Source of the DNA: Verrucomicrobiota bacterium
GTDB lineage: Bacteria > Auribacterota > JABMQX01 > JAFGEW01
Length of the DNA: 64,000 nt
Direction of reading: 5' to 3'
Assembly: GCA_016931415.1 (NCBI GenBank)
Contig: JAFGEW010000099.1
Coordinates: forward strand, 18,522 to 82,521
Shown here piece after piece: positions 44,613 through 53,712 of the stretch. The position numbers and the translations under genes are program-made. Each line of letters begins with the position of its first letter. Within the stretch, counting starts at the first letter, position 1. The notes beneath the pieces are model-generated. The model saw only the letters and a list, made by a program, of their open reading frames with translations. It did no database searches and was not told the DNA's origin.

Positions 44613-46034
44613 CTACCCCCTGAGTTTCTTCGATAATCTCGCGCGTAGCGCGACGGCCACAACGTTGAGCAACAGCACGATGAGAACAAGGGTCAGCACC
44701 ATCCCGTATTGCACGTGCACGATCTCGTCCTGCGCGGCGTGCTCGGTGGTCAAGTTGTAGATGCTCCACGGCAGCGCGGGCGTGGGTTGTGTGAGCGTCT
44801 GCCACACCTTGAGCGGCCTGCCGACGCTGACTGCCGCGGTGAAGATGATCGGCGCCGTCTCGCCGGCTGCGCGCCCCATGCTGATCACGATCCCGGTGAG
44901 CACGCCCGGCAGCGCCGCCGGCAGCACAACGGTTAGTGTTGTGCGCAGGCGGCTTGCCCCGAGGCTCAACGCCGCCTCGCGGTAGGTGTTCGGCACGGCG
45001 CGGATCGCCTCTTCGGACGCGCGGATAATCGTCGGCAGTATCAGGACGGCTAACGTGAGCGAGCCGGCCAGCACGCTCTTCGAGCTCGAGACGTGGACGG
45101 TATTGACAAAGAAGGCCAGCCCGAACAAACCGAACACGATGCTCGGCACGCCCGCGAGCGTACTGATGAACGTGCGCAGCAGGCTCACGGCCCGGCCCTC
45201 GCCCGCGTACTCGGCCAAGTATATGGCTGAGATCACGCCGAGCGGGACGGCAAACAGCATCGCGCCGATGGCGAGGTAGATGGTCCCGAGCATCTCGGGC
45301 CAGATGCCACCGAACATATGCGCATCGAGCGACTCGTCGAATAGAAACCGCCAGTAGACGGTCAAGCGCGGGCGCAGCATGTCGTCCGCATGCTCCTCGA
45401 TGTAGGCAAACAACGGTTCGAGCGACGTGCCTTCGAACTGCTCGACACGAGGCGAGTAGACAAGCGTGCCCATCTTCGTCGGGTCGCTGTGGTCGTAGCT
45501 CTCGGCGTTCAGGATGAGATGCAGCACCTGCTGTGCGCGATCCCACCGGGTCGCCCCGTACTGGGCGCGGATGACAATCGGCCGTCTCTCGCCAGGGAAC
45601 GGGCCAAGCAACTCACGGAGAAGCTCCTTGATCTCGTCAAGCGAATCACGGTACTGGCGCCGTTCGGCGAGCCTCATTCCCACAAGGTCCTGCTCGAACG
45701 CGGCGATGACCTCGTAGACCGGACGGCGCGCCTCCGCCGTGCGGCCCATCTCCTCCGCGAGCGCCGAACGGCTGCCGCGCTGGAACTTCTCGAGCATGAG
45801 CCGCCGGTGCTCGACGGTCGCTCGGAAGACAAACGCCCGGCTTCCGCGTACGAAGATCGGTCCGAGGATCACAACGAGGGCCGCTCCCAGTAGCACGATT
45901 GAGGCGATCCCCAGCCCGGAGAACGCTTTGTCGAGTGCTTTGCGAGTCCCAGGCTGCACGACGCTATCTCCCTCTGAGCTTGGCTTGTGCACGACGCACA
46001 ATCCATTCGCTCGCCAGATTGGCGAGTAAGGCAA
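44613..46034 (-). CDS. pstA: phosphate ABC transporter permease PstA (with ~190-aa N-terminal extension)
   Basis: The C-terminal 280 aa form the PstA TM core with the EAA-like loop (ASEEAIRAVPNTYREAALSLGASRLRT). The N-terminal extension carries one TM helix plus a soluble region. Confidence 0.8.
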   Translation of the reverse strand: MPYSPIWRANGLCVVHKPSSEGDSVVQPGTRKALDKAFSGLGIASIVLLGAALVVILGPIFVRGSRAFVFRATVEHRRLMLEKFQRGSRSALAEEMGRTAEARRPVYEVIAAFEQDLVGMRLAERRQYRDSLDEIKELLRELLGPFPGERRPIVIRAQYGATRWDRAQQVLHLILNAESYDHSDPTKMGTLVYSPRVEQFEGTSLEPLFAYIEEHADDMLRPRLTVYWRFLFDESLDAHMFGGIWPEMLGTIYLAIGAMLFAVPLGVISAIYLAEYAGEGRAVSLLRTFISTLAGVPSIVFGLFGLAFFVNTVHVSSSKSVLAGSLTLAVLILPTIIRASEEAIRAVPNTYREAALSLGASRLRTTLTVVLPAALPGVLTGIVISMGRAAGETAPIIFTAAVSVGRPLKVWQTLTQPTPALPWSIYNLTTEHAAQDEIVHVQYGMVLTLVLIVLLLNVVAVALRARLSKKLRG

Positions 46035-47136
46035 CGATGAGCAGGCAGAGCGCCAGAGCGAAGAGCACGTGGAACCGGGCCGCGCCCGTGACCTGCTCGG
46101 CCTCGCCCATGTCGCCGGCGATCGTCGCCGTCATCGTGCGCACCGGCTGCGTTAGGTCATACCACGGACTGGGGATCCTGGCGGCGTTGCCCGACGCCAT
46201 CCAGACCACCATCGTCTCGCCAAGCGCACGCATCACGCCGAGAATGACGGCGGCGAGAATCCCACTGCGTGCCGCTGGGATAACGACCTTGGTGAGCGTC
46301 TCGGCACGAGTCGCACCCAGGGCATAGCTGCCTTCGCGAAGCTCGCGACCGACCGCCTGCAGGGCGTCTTCGGACACGCTTACAATCGTGGGCAGTGCCA
46401 TGATGCCGAGGATGATCGATACGTTGAGGGCGTTTGTGCCGCTCGGGATCTCCAGCCGGCCACATGCTCCGGCGACTTCCAGCAATCCATACACACCGGC
46501 GGCACCCAAAGCAACGGCTGCCACGAGGCGCACCGGCAGACGTACACGTTCCGGCCAGCGCACGGCGAACAGGTCGCTCACCACCAGCACGACGAGCGCG
46601 AGCATCGGCAGACCGATGGCCCACGCAGCCACCGTCAGCAGATGCCCGCCCTTTTCCTGAAGCAGGGGAGCAAAGACGACGAGGGCGAAGAAACCGTAGG
46701 CGACCGATGGAATGGCCGCCAGCACCTCGATGATCGGCTTGACGATCTGGCGGAGTGCGAACGGCAGCACGTCGCTCAGACAGAGCGAGGCCGCCAACCC
46801 AAGCGGCACGGCCACAACGATGGCGCCGAGCGTCACGATCCCGCTGCCGACGAACAGCGCGAGCGCGCCGAACTCCGGGGGGGGAGCCGACGGATACCAC
46901 CGTGTGCTGCCGAAGAACTCGGCGATACCCCGCAGCCGGAAGAACGGGAGCGCGTCCTTGAGGATGAACGCGACGATGAACAGCACGGCGATGGCAGAGC
47001 TTGCCGTCACGGCAAACAGCACGCCCCTCGTGGCAAGAGCGGCGAGCCGTTTGGCTCGGCTCGCCCGCTCACTCAACGAAAGGCTGCGTCGGCCGGGACG
47101 TGCTTCCTCGTCGTGCGTGGTGCCGATTCGAGCCAA
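45964..47136 (-). CDS. pstC: phosphate ABC transporter permease PstC
   Basis: Six TM helices. The EAA loop reads LREGSYALGATRAETLTKVVIPAARSGIL. It lies between pstS and pstA. Confidence 0.8.
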   Translation of the reverse strand: MARIGTTHDEEARPGRRSLSLSERASRAKRLAALATRGVLFAVTASSAIAVLFIVAFILKDALPFFRLRGIAEFFGSTRWYPSAPPPEFGALALFVGSGIVTLGAIVVAVPLGLAASLCLSDVLPFALRQIVKPIIEVLAAIPSVAYGFFALVVFAPLLQEKGGHLLTVAAWAIGLPMLALVVLVVSDLFAVRWPERVRLPVRLVAAVALGAAGVYGLLEVAGACGRLEIPSGTNALNVSIILGIMALPTIVSVSEDALQAVGRELREGSYALGATRAETLTKVVIPAARSGILAAVILGVMRALGETMVVWMASGNAARIPSPWYDLTQPVRTMTATIAGDMGEAEQVTGAARFHVLFALALCLLIVALLANLASEWIVRRAQAKLRGR

Positions 47137-47138
47137 GA

Positions 47139-47996
47139 CTACTCCTTCGTTGGCCCTGTGGTGTAGTCGGTCACCGGCACAAATCCGAGCGTCTCGACAA
47201 TCTCTTGCCCATGGCGAGACAGGTAGAGCGTAACGAACGCGTGGAGATGCGTGCCCATGCTCGGATAGCCGTTGGTGAACATGAACAGGGGCCGTGCGAT
47301 CGGGTAGATGCCCGACTTGACCGTCTCCGGGCTCGGGGCGATGCCGTTGATCGTGAGCCCTTTGACCTTGCGATCGAGGAAGCCGAGCCCCACGTAACCG
47401 ATGGCCGTGGCTGTCGTCGAAACCTTCTTGTGTACGGCGCCGTTGCTGCCGTAGTACTCGGTCGCGGACGCCATTTTCCCCTTGTTCATCACGAGCGACT
47501 CGAACGTCTCGTATGTCCCACTATTGGTGTCACGGCTGCACACCACGATGGCCTTGTCTGGCCCACCAAGCTCCTTCCAGTTCGTGATGGTCCCTGTGTA
47601 GATGCCGCGCACCTGCTCGACCGTGAGGCCATTGACCGGATTGCTCGGGTGCACGATGACGGCGATCCCGTCGAGCGCCACAACGTGAGCAACCGGGGTG
47701 ATCCCCTTCTCGATGGCCGCTTTGACCTCCTCATCCTTCATGAACCGCGACATGTCGGCCACGTCGCATGTGCCATTGACGAGGCTCTTGGCCCCGTTGC
47801 CGCTGCCCGATTCGCTCACCGTGATGTTCACGCCCGGGTTGCGCTCCATGTAGTACTCGGCAAACGCCTTGGCGATCGGTCCCACCGTCGTCGAGCCGTC
47901 CACGACGATGCTCGTGTCGCTGCCTGCCGCGCCCGCGGCGAGACCGAGTCCCGCAAGGAGGGCCAGCACGCTGATGCAGAGAGCAAACGCTTTCAT
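47139..47996 (-). CDS. pstS: phosphate ABC transporter substrate-binding protein PstS
   Basis: Signal peptide present. The PBP fold with Pi-binding residues is indicated by VDGSTTVGP..SGSGNGAK...TCDVADMSR. Confidence 0.85.
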   Translation of the reverse strand: MKAFALCISVLALLAGLGLAAGAAGSDTSIVVDGSTTVGPIAKAFAEYYMERNPGVNITVSESGSGNGAKSLVNGTCDVADMSRFMKDEEVKAAIEKGITPVAHVVALDGIAVIVHPSNPVNGLTVEQVRGIYTGTITNWKELGGPDKAIVVCSRDTNSGTYETFESLVMNKGKMASATEYYGSNGAVHKKVSTTATAIGYVGLGFLDRKVKGLTINGIAPSPETVKSGIYPIARPLFMFTNGYPSMGTHLHAFVTLYLSRHGQEIVETLGFVPVTDYTTGPTKE

Positions 47997-48048
47997 GTCG
48001 TCATCTCCTTGGCTTCAATGATACGTCCGCGTGTCAACCATGTTCCAG

Positions 48049-49254
48049 CTAGAAATCGATCTGGAAGCGCATCTGCACGATGTCGGCTTCCCCGACACCG
48101 CTCACGTCCGAGTTGACGTAGTTCAGCATGATGCGCGTGTTGGGGTTGAGGTACCAGTTCGCGCCGAGGGTGATATCGTCCATCTCACCGCCCTCGATCG
48201 TCCCGTCGGTCAGGTCGATGCTCGAGTAGCGGGCGGTGAGCTGCACTGCACCCATGCCGCCGTCCACCATGAGATTCCGATTTGGCCTGACGCGGTCGAA
48301 GGCGCCTTCCGAGAGCTTGTAGCGGCGGTGCTCGCCGGTCAGGAAATAGCTTGCCTCCACATAGTAGCCGGCGAAGTCCGGATCGCCCGATGCAGCCGAC
48401 TGCACCGCGGCCATGATGTACTCCCCTTGTACCGACAACGGGCCGAACACGGCCGCTGCCTCAACACCAATCAAGTCCACTTCCTCGGCCTCGAAGTCAC
48501 CGGTGTCGACGAACCGCGTCGACAAGTGCGCCTCAGGCCGGGCACGGTAGCGCACCTCATCGCCCGGCAGTTTCCTGTGGCTGTAGGCCGCGCCGAGATG
48601 GAGCAGTCTCTCGCCCTTGTCTTCGTAGAGGGGCACGCCTGTCACTCGTGCTGTCAGGTTGTAGTCACTGCCGCCCGCGAACTCGCCGAAGTCGTCGGTT
48701 TCACGGAAGATGCCGGCACCGTACGTGATGCGCTCGTTCATTGCATTGCCCAAGTAGCCGATGCCTACGTTCCGGCTGGGCGAGAAGGTATTGGCCAGCG
48801 AACCCTCCATCAGCGTGACGTACTTGCTGCTCGTGATCTCCTCAAGGCTGAACGGCTCCTTGAAGTGCCCAACGCGCACTGTTCCTGGCCCGACGTTCAG
48901 GATGCCGATGTACATGTCCTTCAACGCCGCCTCACCGCCGGCGAAGTCATACTGTGCCTTGAACTCGACCGAGTCGTAGATGGTCCCCGAGAAGTACAGG
49001 CGCGCCCGGCGGAACTCGATCGCCTCGTCAAGCGGGTCTTCCTCGTCGTCCAGCGCCGCATCCAAATCGAACCAAGCCATGTCGACCATGATCCGGCCCC
49101 CGACCTTGAGCTTGAACGCGCCGTCCTCCGAGTCGGCCCGCAGGCCTTCCTTCCAGTAGACGTTCAAGTCCTCGGCCAGCGCCTGACCTGCCACGACAGA
49201 AGCCGCCAGCAGGCCCAACAAAAACACTCGCATCCGGCTCCCGATTCCCTTCAT
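48049..49254 (-). CDS. oprP: phosphate-selective porin (OprO/OprP family)
   Basis: Start at ATG 49254 with a GGAGGAG RBS. Signal peptide present. Alternating amphipathic beta-strands are seen. The C-terminal residue is F (..RFQIDF). Confidence 0.7.
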   Translation of the reverse strand: MKGIGSRMRVFLLGLLAASVVAGQALAEDLNVYWKEGLRADSEDGAFKLKVGGRIMVDMAWFDLDAALDDEEDPLDEAIEFRRARLYFSGTIYDSVEFKAQYDFAGGEAALKDMYIGILNVGPGTVRVGHFKEPFSLEEITSSKYVTLMEGSLANTFSPSRNVGIGYLGNAMNERITYGAGIFRETDDFGEFAGGSDYNLTARVTGVPLYEDKGERLLHLGAAYSHRKLPGDEVRYRARPEAHLSTRFVDTGDFEAEEVDLIGVEAAAVFGPLSVQGEYIMAAVQSAASGDPDFAGYYVEASYFLTGEHRRYKLSEGAFDRVRPNRNLMVDGGMGAVQLTARYSSIDLTDGTIEGGEMDDITLGANWYLNPNTRIMLNYVNSDVSGVGEADIVQMRFQIDF

Positions 49255-49361
49255 TTTCTCCTCCTCAACAGGCGTTTGTGCGTTTTGCAGGAGCGGCTGG
49301 TGTCCACCCTGGGCACGGCATACTCCGCCCTCCATCTTGGCGGGGAACTTACAGCGGGCGT

Positions 49362-49389
49362 GTGAAGAGAAGATGAAGGCGGAATGAAG
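49362..49389 (-). promoter_or_regulatory. Pho-box-like PhoB binding site upstream of oprP (three CTTCAY direct repeats, 11-bp period)
   Basis: On the minus strand: CTTCATtccgcCTTCATcttctCTTCAC. The repeat starts are exactly 11 bp apart. It lies ~110-135 bp upstream of the oprP ATG. Confidence 0.45.
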
Positions 49390-49418
49390 GTTCTTCCGCG
49401 AGGGATCGTCTGCGCAGT

Positions 49419-51185
49419 CTACTGCGCCAGAGTGAAGCGGACACGGAACGTGCTGCCAAGCCCCGGCGCGCTCTCGACGGTGACACGGCCGCCGTGTGCC
49501 TCGGCGATGTGCTTGACGATGGAGAGCCCGAGCCCCGTGCCGCCTAGCTCGCGCGAACGGGCCTTGTCGACGCGGTAGAAGCGCTCGAAGATCCGCGCCT
49601 GATCGCGCGGCTCGATGCCGATGCCGGTGTCCGCCACCTCAAGCACCGCCTCATCGCCTTCGGCTGTCAGTCGCACCTCGACACGCCCGCCCTCGGGTGT
49701 GAACTTGATAGCGTTGTCCAGAAGGTTCTCGATCAGTTGCCGCACGGCGTTGGGTTCACAGAGCACGACGACGGGCCGATCCGGCAACGTCACCGCGAGC
49801 TTCACCTTCTTGTGCTCGGACAGCGCCCCGAACTGGTGGACCGCCTCATCGATCGGCTGCCGAACATCGCTTGGTTTCAGTTCGAGCGCGGTGTCCCGCG
49901 ACTCGACGCGCGACAGCACCAACAGATCGGCCGTGAGCGCTGCTAAGCGATGGGCCTGATCCTGCAGCTTCGTCAGGAAGCGGCGGCGCGTTGCGTCATC
50001 CATTGACTCATCGTCGAGCAGGGTCTCGACTAGGCCCTGGATTGCAGTCAGTGGCGTCTTGAGCTCATGCGAAACGTTCGCCACGAAGTCACGCCGAACC
50101 GTCTCGAGCTGCCGTAGACGTGTGACGTCATGGAGGACAACTACCGCGCCGCTCAATGCCCCCTCGGCGTCGCGCAGCGGCGCCGCCTGCATCTCGACGA
50201 CGCGGTCCGCAGTCAGCGTTGCCTCCGTCGTCACTCCAGCCGCCGTCTTGAGCGCCGCGGCGATGGTCTCGTTCACTCCAGGCAGACGCGTCACTTCCCA
50301 GACATGTCTGCCGGTACTCGCGTCCGGCGTCGTGCCGAGGATCTCACCCGCCGCGGCGTTCATATGGACGACGCGTTCGTGGCGGTCCACGGCCACAACG
50401 CCCTCGACCATGCTCGCCAGAATGGCCAACACTTCGTTGCGATCAGCCGTGATCCGCTCCATGCGCTCGCGCAACTGGCTCGACATGCGGTCGAGCGCCG
50501 CGGCGAGCTGGCCGATCTCGTCAGGCGTCTGAACATGCGCCCGTTGCGTGTAGTCACCGGCGGCGATCGCCTTGGCGACGCGCGTCATTGCGCGGAGGGG
50601 CTCGGTGACGCGCCTCGCGACGAACACACCAATCACGGCGGCGGCCCCGGCCCCGATGAGCCCGCCAAGCAACACGACGAGTCGCACGCGCCGCAGGCGC
50701 TCCTGGACGGCGGTCAACGGAAGCGAGGTGCGAACGAAGCCGTAGAGCACGTTGCCTTCTTCGACAGCCAGTGCCAGATACATCATGCGCGTGTGAAGCG
50801 TATCGCTGTAGCGCACGTGCAGGCCGACACCTTGCTGGCGCGCCGCCAGCACTTCCGCACGGCGGCCGTGGTTGTCCATCGTCCCTGGGTCCGACTCCGA
50901 GTCGGCTACCACTGCGCCGTTCTTGTCCATCACGGTGAGCCGCGTGTTGATCTGGCGCCCGAGTGTTGCCACACGGGCTTGCAGCGTCGGATCGCCACCT
51001 TTGGCGAACGCCTGCAAAGCCATGTCAGCAAGGAGCTCGGCCCGGCTGCGGAGCGCTTGCCCGGTCTCATGCAGCGCATCTGCCTCGATTCGCCGCGATA
51101 CAAGCACGCCCACGACGACGGCTGTCACGACGACAAGGGCGACAAGGCTGAAATAGACTCTGCAAAAGAAGCGCTTGCACAGCAC
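49419..51185 (-). CDS. phoR: phosphate regulon sensor histidine kinase PhoR (TM, HAMP, PAS, HisKA, HATPase_c)
   Basis: The H-box is FVANVSHELKTPL. N box reads DNAIKFT and G boxes read DTGIGI and GTGLGLSIVKHI. Located immediately downstream of phoB. Confidence 0.8.
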   Translation of the reverse strand: MLCKRFFCRVYFSLVALVVVTAVVVGVLVSRRIEADALHETGQALRSRAELLADMALQAFAKGGDPTLQARVATLGRQINTRLTVMDKNGAVVADSESDPGTMDNHGRRAEVLAARQQGVGLHVRYSDTLHTRMMYLALAVEEGNVLYGFVRTSLPLTAVQERLRRVRLVVLLGGLIGAGAAAVIGVFVARRVTEPLRAMTRVAKAIAAGDYTQRAHVQTPDEIGQLAAALDRMSSQLRERMERITADRNEVLAILASMVEGVVAVDRHERVVHMNAAAGEILGTTPDASTGRHVWEVTRLPGVNETIAAALKTAAGVTTEATLTADRVVEMQAAPLRDAEGALSGAVVVLHDVTRLRQLETVRRDFVANVSHELKTPLTAIQGLVETLLDDESMDDATRRRFLTKLQDQAHRLAALTADLLVLSRVESRDTALELKPSDVRQPIDEAVHQFGALSEHKKVKLAVTLPDRPVVVLCEPNAVRQLIENLLDNAIKFTPEGGRVEVRLTAEGDEAVLEVADTGIGIEPRDQARIFERFYRVDKARSRELGGTGLGLSIVKHIAEAHGGRVTVESAPGLGSTFRVRFTLAQ

Positions 51186-51188
51186 GGC

Positions 51189-51905
51189 TCAGCTCTCCAC
51201 ATCGCGGAACCGATACCCGACGCCGCGGATGGTCTCGATCACCTCGTGGTAATCGCCCAGTTTCTTGCGCACGGCGCGCACATGCACGTCGATGTTGCGG
51301 TCCACGACGACGGCATGCTCCCCGATCACCCGGTTCAGAAGCTGGTCACGCGTGAACACGCGCCCTGGGTGCGAGGCCAGAAAATGGAGCAGCCGAAACT
51401 CGGTGGCAGTGAGCGTCACAGGCGTGTCGTCAACACGAACCTCGAAGCGTACGGCGTCAATCATCACGCCGTCGCGCACGATGCGTTCGCCGCCGCCTGC
51501 CTCTTCCTTCAGCGGTCCGCGCCGCAGCACGGCTCGGACGCGCGCGACAAGCTCTTTGGGGCTGAACGGCTTGGTGACATAGTCATCGGCCCCCACGCCG
51601 AGACCGAGGACGATGTCGCTCTCTTCGCCCTTGGCCGTCACCATGATGATCGGGATCGCACGGGTTACCTGGTCGGCCTTGAGCTGTCGGCACAGCTCGA
51701 TGCCGTCGAGGCCCGGCAGCATCAGGTCGAGCAGCACGAGGTCGGGTGCCTCGTCCCGGACCAGGTTGAGGCCCTTGCGGCCGTCGCGCGCCGCGCTGAC
51801 GCGGTAGCCCTCCCGCGCGAGATTGTACTGCATGACCTCGAGGATGTCCTCTTCGTCCTCGATGATAGCGATCTTCGCCTGCGCCATACGCCGCCCCGTC
51901 TTCAT
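51189..51905 (-). CDS. phoB: phosphate regulon response regulator PhoB (OmpR/winged-helix family)
   Basis: Receiver motifs are IAIIEDEEDIL and LVLLDLMLPGLDG. The C-terminal trans_reg_C winged helix reads ..RLLHFLASHPGRVFTRDQLL..VDVHVRAVRKKL. The true start is probably ATG 51887. Confidence 0.85.
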   Translation of the reverse strand: MKTGRRMAQAKIAIIEDEEDILEVMQYNLAREGYRVSAARDGRKGLNLVRDEAPDLVLLDLMLPGLDGIELCRQLKADQVTRAIPIIMVTAKGEESDIVLGLGVGADDYVTKPFSPKELVARVRAVLRRGPLKEEAGGGERIVRDGVMIDAVRFEVRVDDTPVTLTATEFRLLHFLASHPGRVFTRDQLLNRVIGEHAVVVDRNIDVHVRAVRKKLGDYHEVIETIRGVGYRFRDVES

Positions 51906-51963
51906 CGCGTTTTCGGTCGCGTGCCCCTTGGGCCGTTCAGCGCGCTCTTGTACGCGACGCAGT

Positions 51964-51991
51964 ATGAAGGAAAAGCAAAGACGATGTGAAG
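51964..51991 (-). promoter_or_regulatory. Pho-box-like direct repeats upstream of phoB
   Basis: Minus strand reads CTTCACatcgtCTTTGCttttcCTTCAT. These are three 6-mers at 11-bp spacing, ~60-85 bp upstream of the phoB start. Confidence 0.4.
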
Positions 51992-52254
51992 CCTTTCTGG
52001 AGCAAGTGCAACAGACGCAGCTCTCATTCCCTCAAGCTTGGCCGGGAAGCGGCAGGCGCGTCGCGGGCAAACAGCGCAACTGCCCCGTTTTCGCGCTTGA
52101 TCTTGGCCGCGCCGCTCCATAGCATCTGGTCCGGGAGCGTTCCCATCGGGGGCGTTTCCGTTCACAGCGAGGGGCGCGCCGCTCGACGCCGACCCCGGGT
52201 TGTGTGGAGGAAAGGGAGTCAACGCATCCGTGCGGCGGAGGAGGGTCCGAGCGC

Positions 52255-53037
52255 ATGCAGCATCCTGACGCCTTGATGGCGATCCTCATGTTTGCCTTTG
52301 CCGCCGTCATCTTTCTCTTCATCTGGCGTGCCCGCCGCGGTCATCTCTCACGTGTGCGCAAGATCGGCGGCATCGCCGCGCTCGAGGAGGCCGTCGGACG
52401 CGCGACCGAGACCGGCCGGCCCGTCGTCTTCGCCATGGGCGGCTCGGACATCATGGACATCATGACGCACGCCTCGCTCGCCGTCATGTCGCACATTGCC
52501 CGGCTCGCCGCGCGAGTGCACACGCGCTTCGTCGCGCTGGTACGCATCCCCAACGTGTTTCCCGTCGCCGAGGAGTTCGTTCGCGAGGCCTACAAGGCCG
52601 AGGGCGTCCTTGAGGAGTTCGATGCTGAGGAGCAGGTCCGCTTCGTCACGGACAACGCGATGGTCTACGCCATGAGTGTCGCGCGCTACATCGAGGAACA
52701 CAAGGCCGGGTGCGCCGTCTTCCTGGGCGCCTTCGACTTCACCAGCCTCCTGATGACCGAGCCCGGTGCCCAGATGGGCGTGATCCAGATCGCCGGGGAC
52801 CCGTACCTGTGGCAGGTTCCGTTCTTCGTCTGCACGTGCGACTACACGATTATGGGCGAGGAGTACTTCGCCGCCGGCGCCTACGTCAGCCCCGACCCGA
52901 CGATGCGCGGCACGCTCGTGAGCCAGGACATCATCAAGGCCATCTTCGTTGGCCTCATCCTTCTTGGACTGCTCTGCTATCACCTCGATGTCAGCCCCGC
53001 GCGCTGGTTCGTCGAGCTGTTGCAGCACTACAAGTAG
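52255..53037 (+). CDS. hypothetical bitopic membrane protein (module A): N-term TM, ~200-aa soluble domain, C-term TM
   Basis: Start at ATG 52255. The soluble domain has a beta-alpha pattern (..GRPVVFAMGGSDIM..). It is paralogous to the gene at 53713. Confidence 0.5.
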   Translation: MQHPDALMAILMFAFAAVIFLFIWRARRGHLSRVRKIGGIAALEEAVGRATETGRPVVFAMGGSDIMDIMTHASLAVMSHIARLAARVHTRFVALVRIPNVFPVAEEFVREAYKAEGVLEEFDAEEQVRFVTDNAMVYAMSVARYIEEHKAGCAVFLGAFDFTSLLMTEPGAQMGVIQIAGDPYLWQVPFFVCTCDYTIMGEEYFAAGAYVSPDPTMRGTLVSQDIIKAIFVGLILLGLLCYHLDVSPARWFVELLQHYK

Positions 53038-53052
53038 ACAAGGAAGCAGCTT

Positions 53053-53709
53053 GTGGCAACACGCCGCCTCATCGTCAGGCTCCTCACGCTCGTGGGCGGG
53101 TTGTTCTTCATCGTCGAGTTCCTCATCCCGGGGTACCGACCCAACGGCGAGAATTTCCTTTCACCGCTGCGTGTCGGCGCGACGACGCTCCTCATGGTCG
53201 TCTCGGCCATGGCGTTCCTGCTCGGCCCGATCAGCCTCGTGCGCAGCCACCTCATGCGCCTCGTTCGGCGTCAGCCCGGCGTCTTCTACAGCCTCACGTT
53301 TCTCGTCTTCCTCGTCTTCGGCATCGTGGCCACTGCTGTCGAGAATGTTGCGAACCTCAAGTTCCTCTACAACGTCGCGTTCTACGGGTTCGGCCTCGCG
53401 CTCGGCGCCACGAGCATGGCGATCCTGGCCTTCTACCTTATGTCGGCCGCGTACCGTTCCTTCCGGCTCAACAACCTTGACTCCGGCGTCATGATGGGCG
53501 CCGCCGTCATCGTGCTCTTAGGTCTCGTGCCGCTCGGCGACTATCTGACCTACGCCCTGCCCGAATGGCTCCATCTCGGTTCCTGGGCGAGCTGGATCCT
53601 CGAAGTGCCCAACGTGGCCATCCAGCGCGCCGTGCTCATAGGCGCTGTCGCCGGCGCATTCGCCGCGGGCCTGCGGCAGTGGCTTGGACTCGGCAGGGTG
53701 GTGGGGTAG
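53053..53709 (+). CDS. hypothetical polytopic membrane protein (module B, ~6 TM)
   Basis: GTG start with an AGGAAG RBS. Highly hydrophobic 218 aa. Confidence 0.5.
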   Translation: MATRRLIVRLLTLVGGLFFIVEFLIPGYRPNGENFLSPLRVGATTLLMVVSAMAFLLGPISLVRSHLMRLVRRQPGVFYSLTFLVFLVFGIVATAVENVANLKFLYNVAFYGFGLALGATSMAILAFYLMSAAYRSFRLNNLDSGVMMGAAVIVLLGLVPLGDYLTYALPEWLHLGSWASWILEVPNVAIQRAVLIGAVAGAFAAGLRQWLGLGRVVG

Positions 53710-53712
53710 GCC

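Noticed and set aside
47001-51989. Plus-strand ORFs 47001..48116, 48031..49365 and 50130..51989 opposite pstS, oprP, phoR and phoB
   Set aside because: The minus-strand Pho regulon genes carry canonical ABC, porin, kinase and regulator motifs. The plus-strand ORFs are antisense artefacts.
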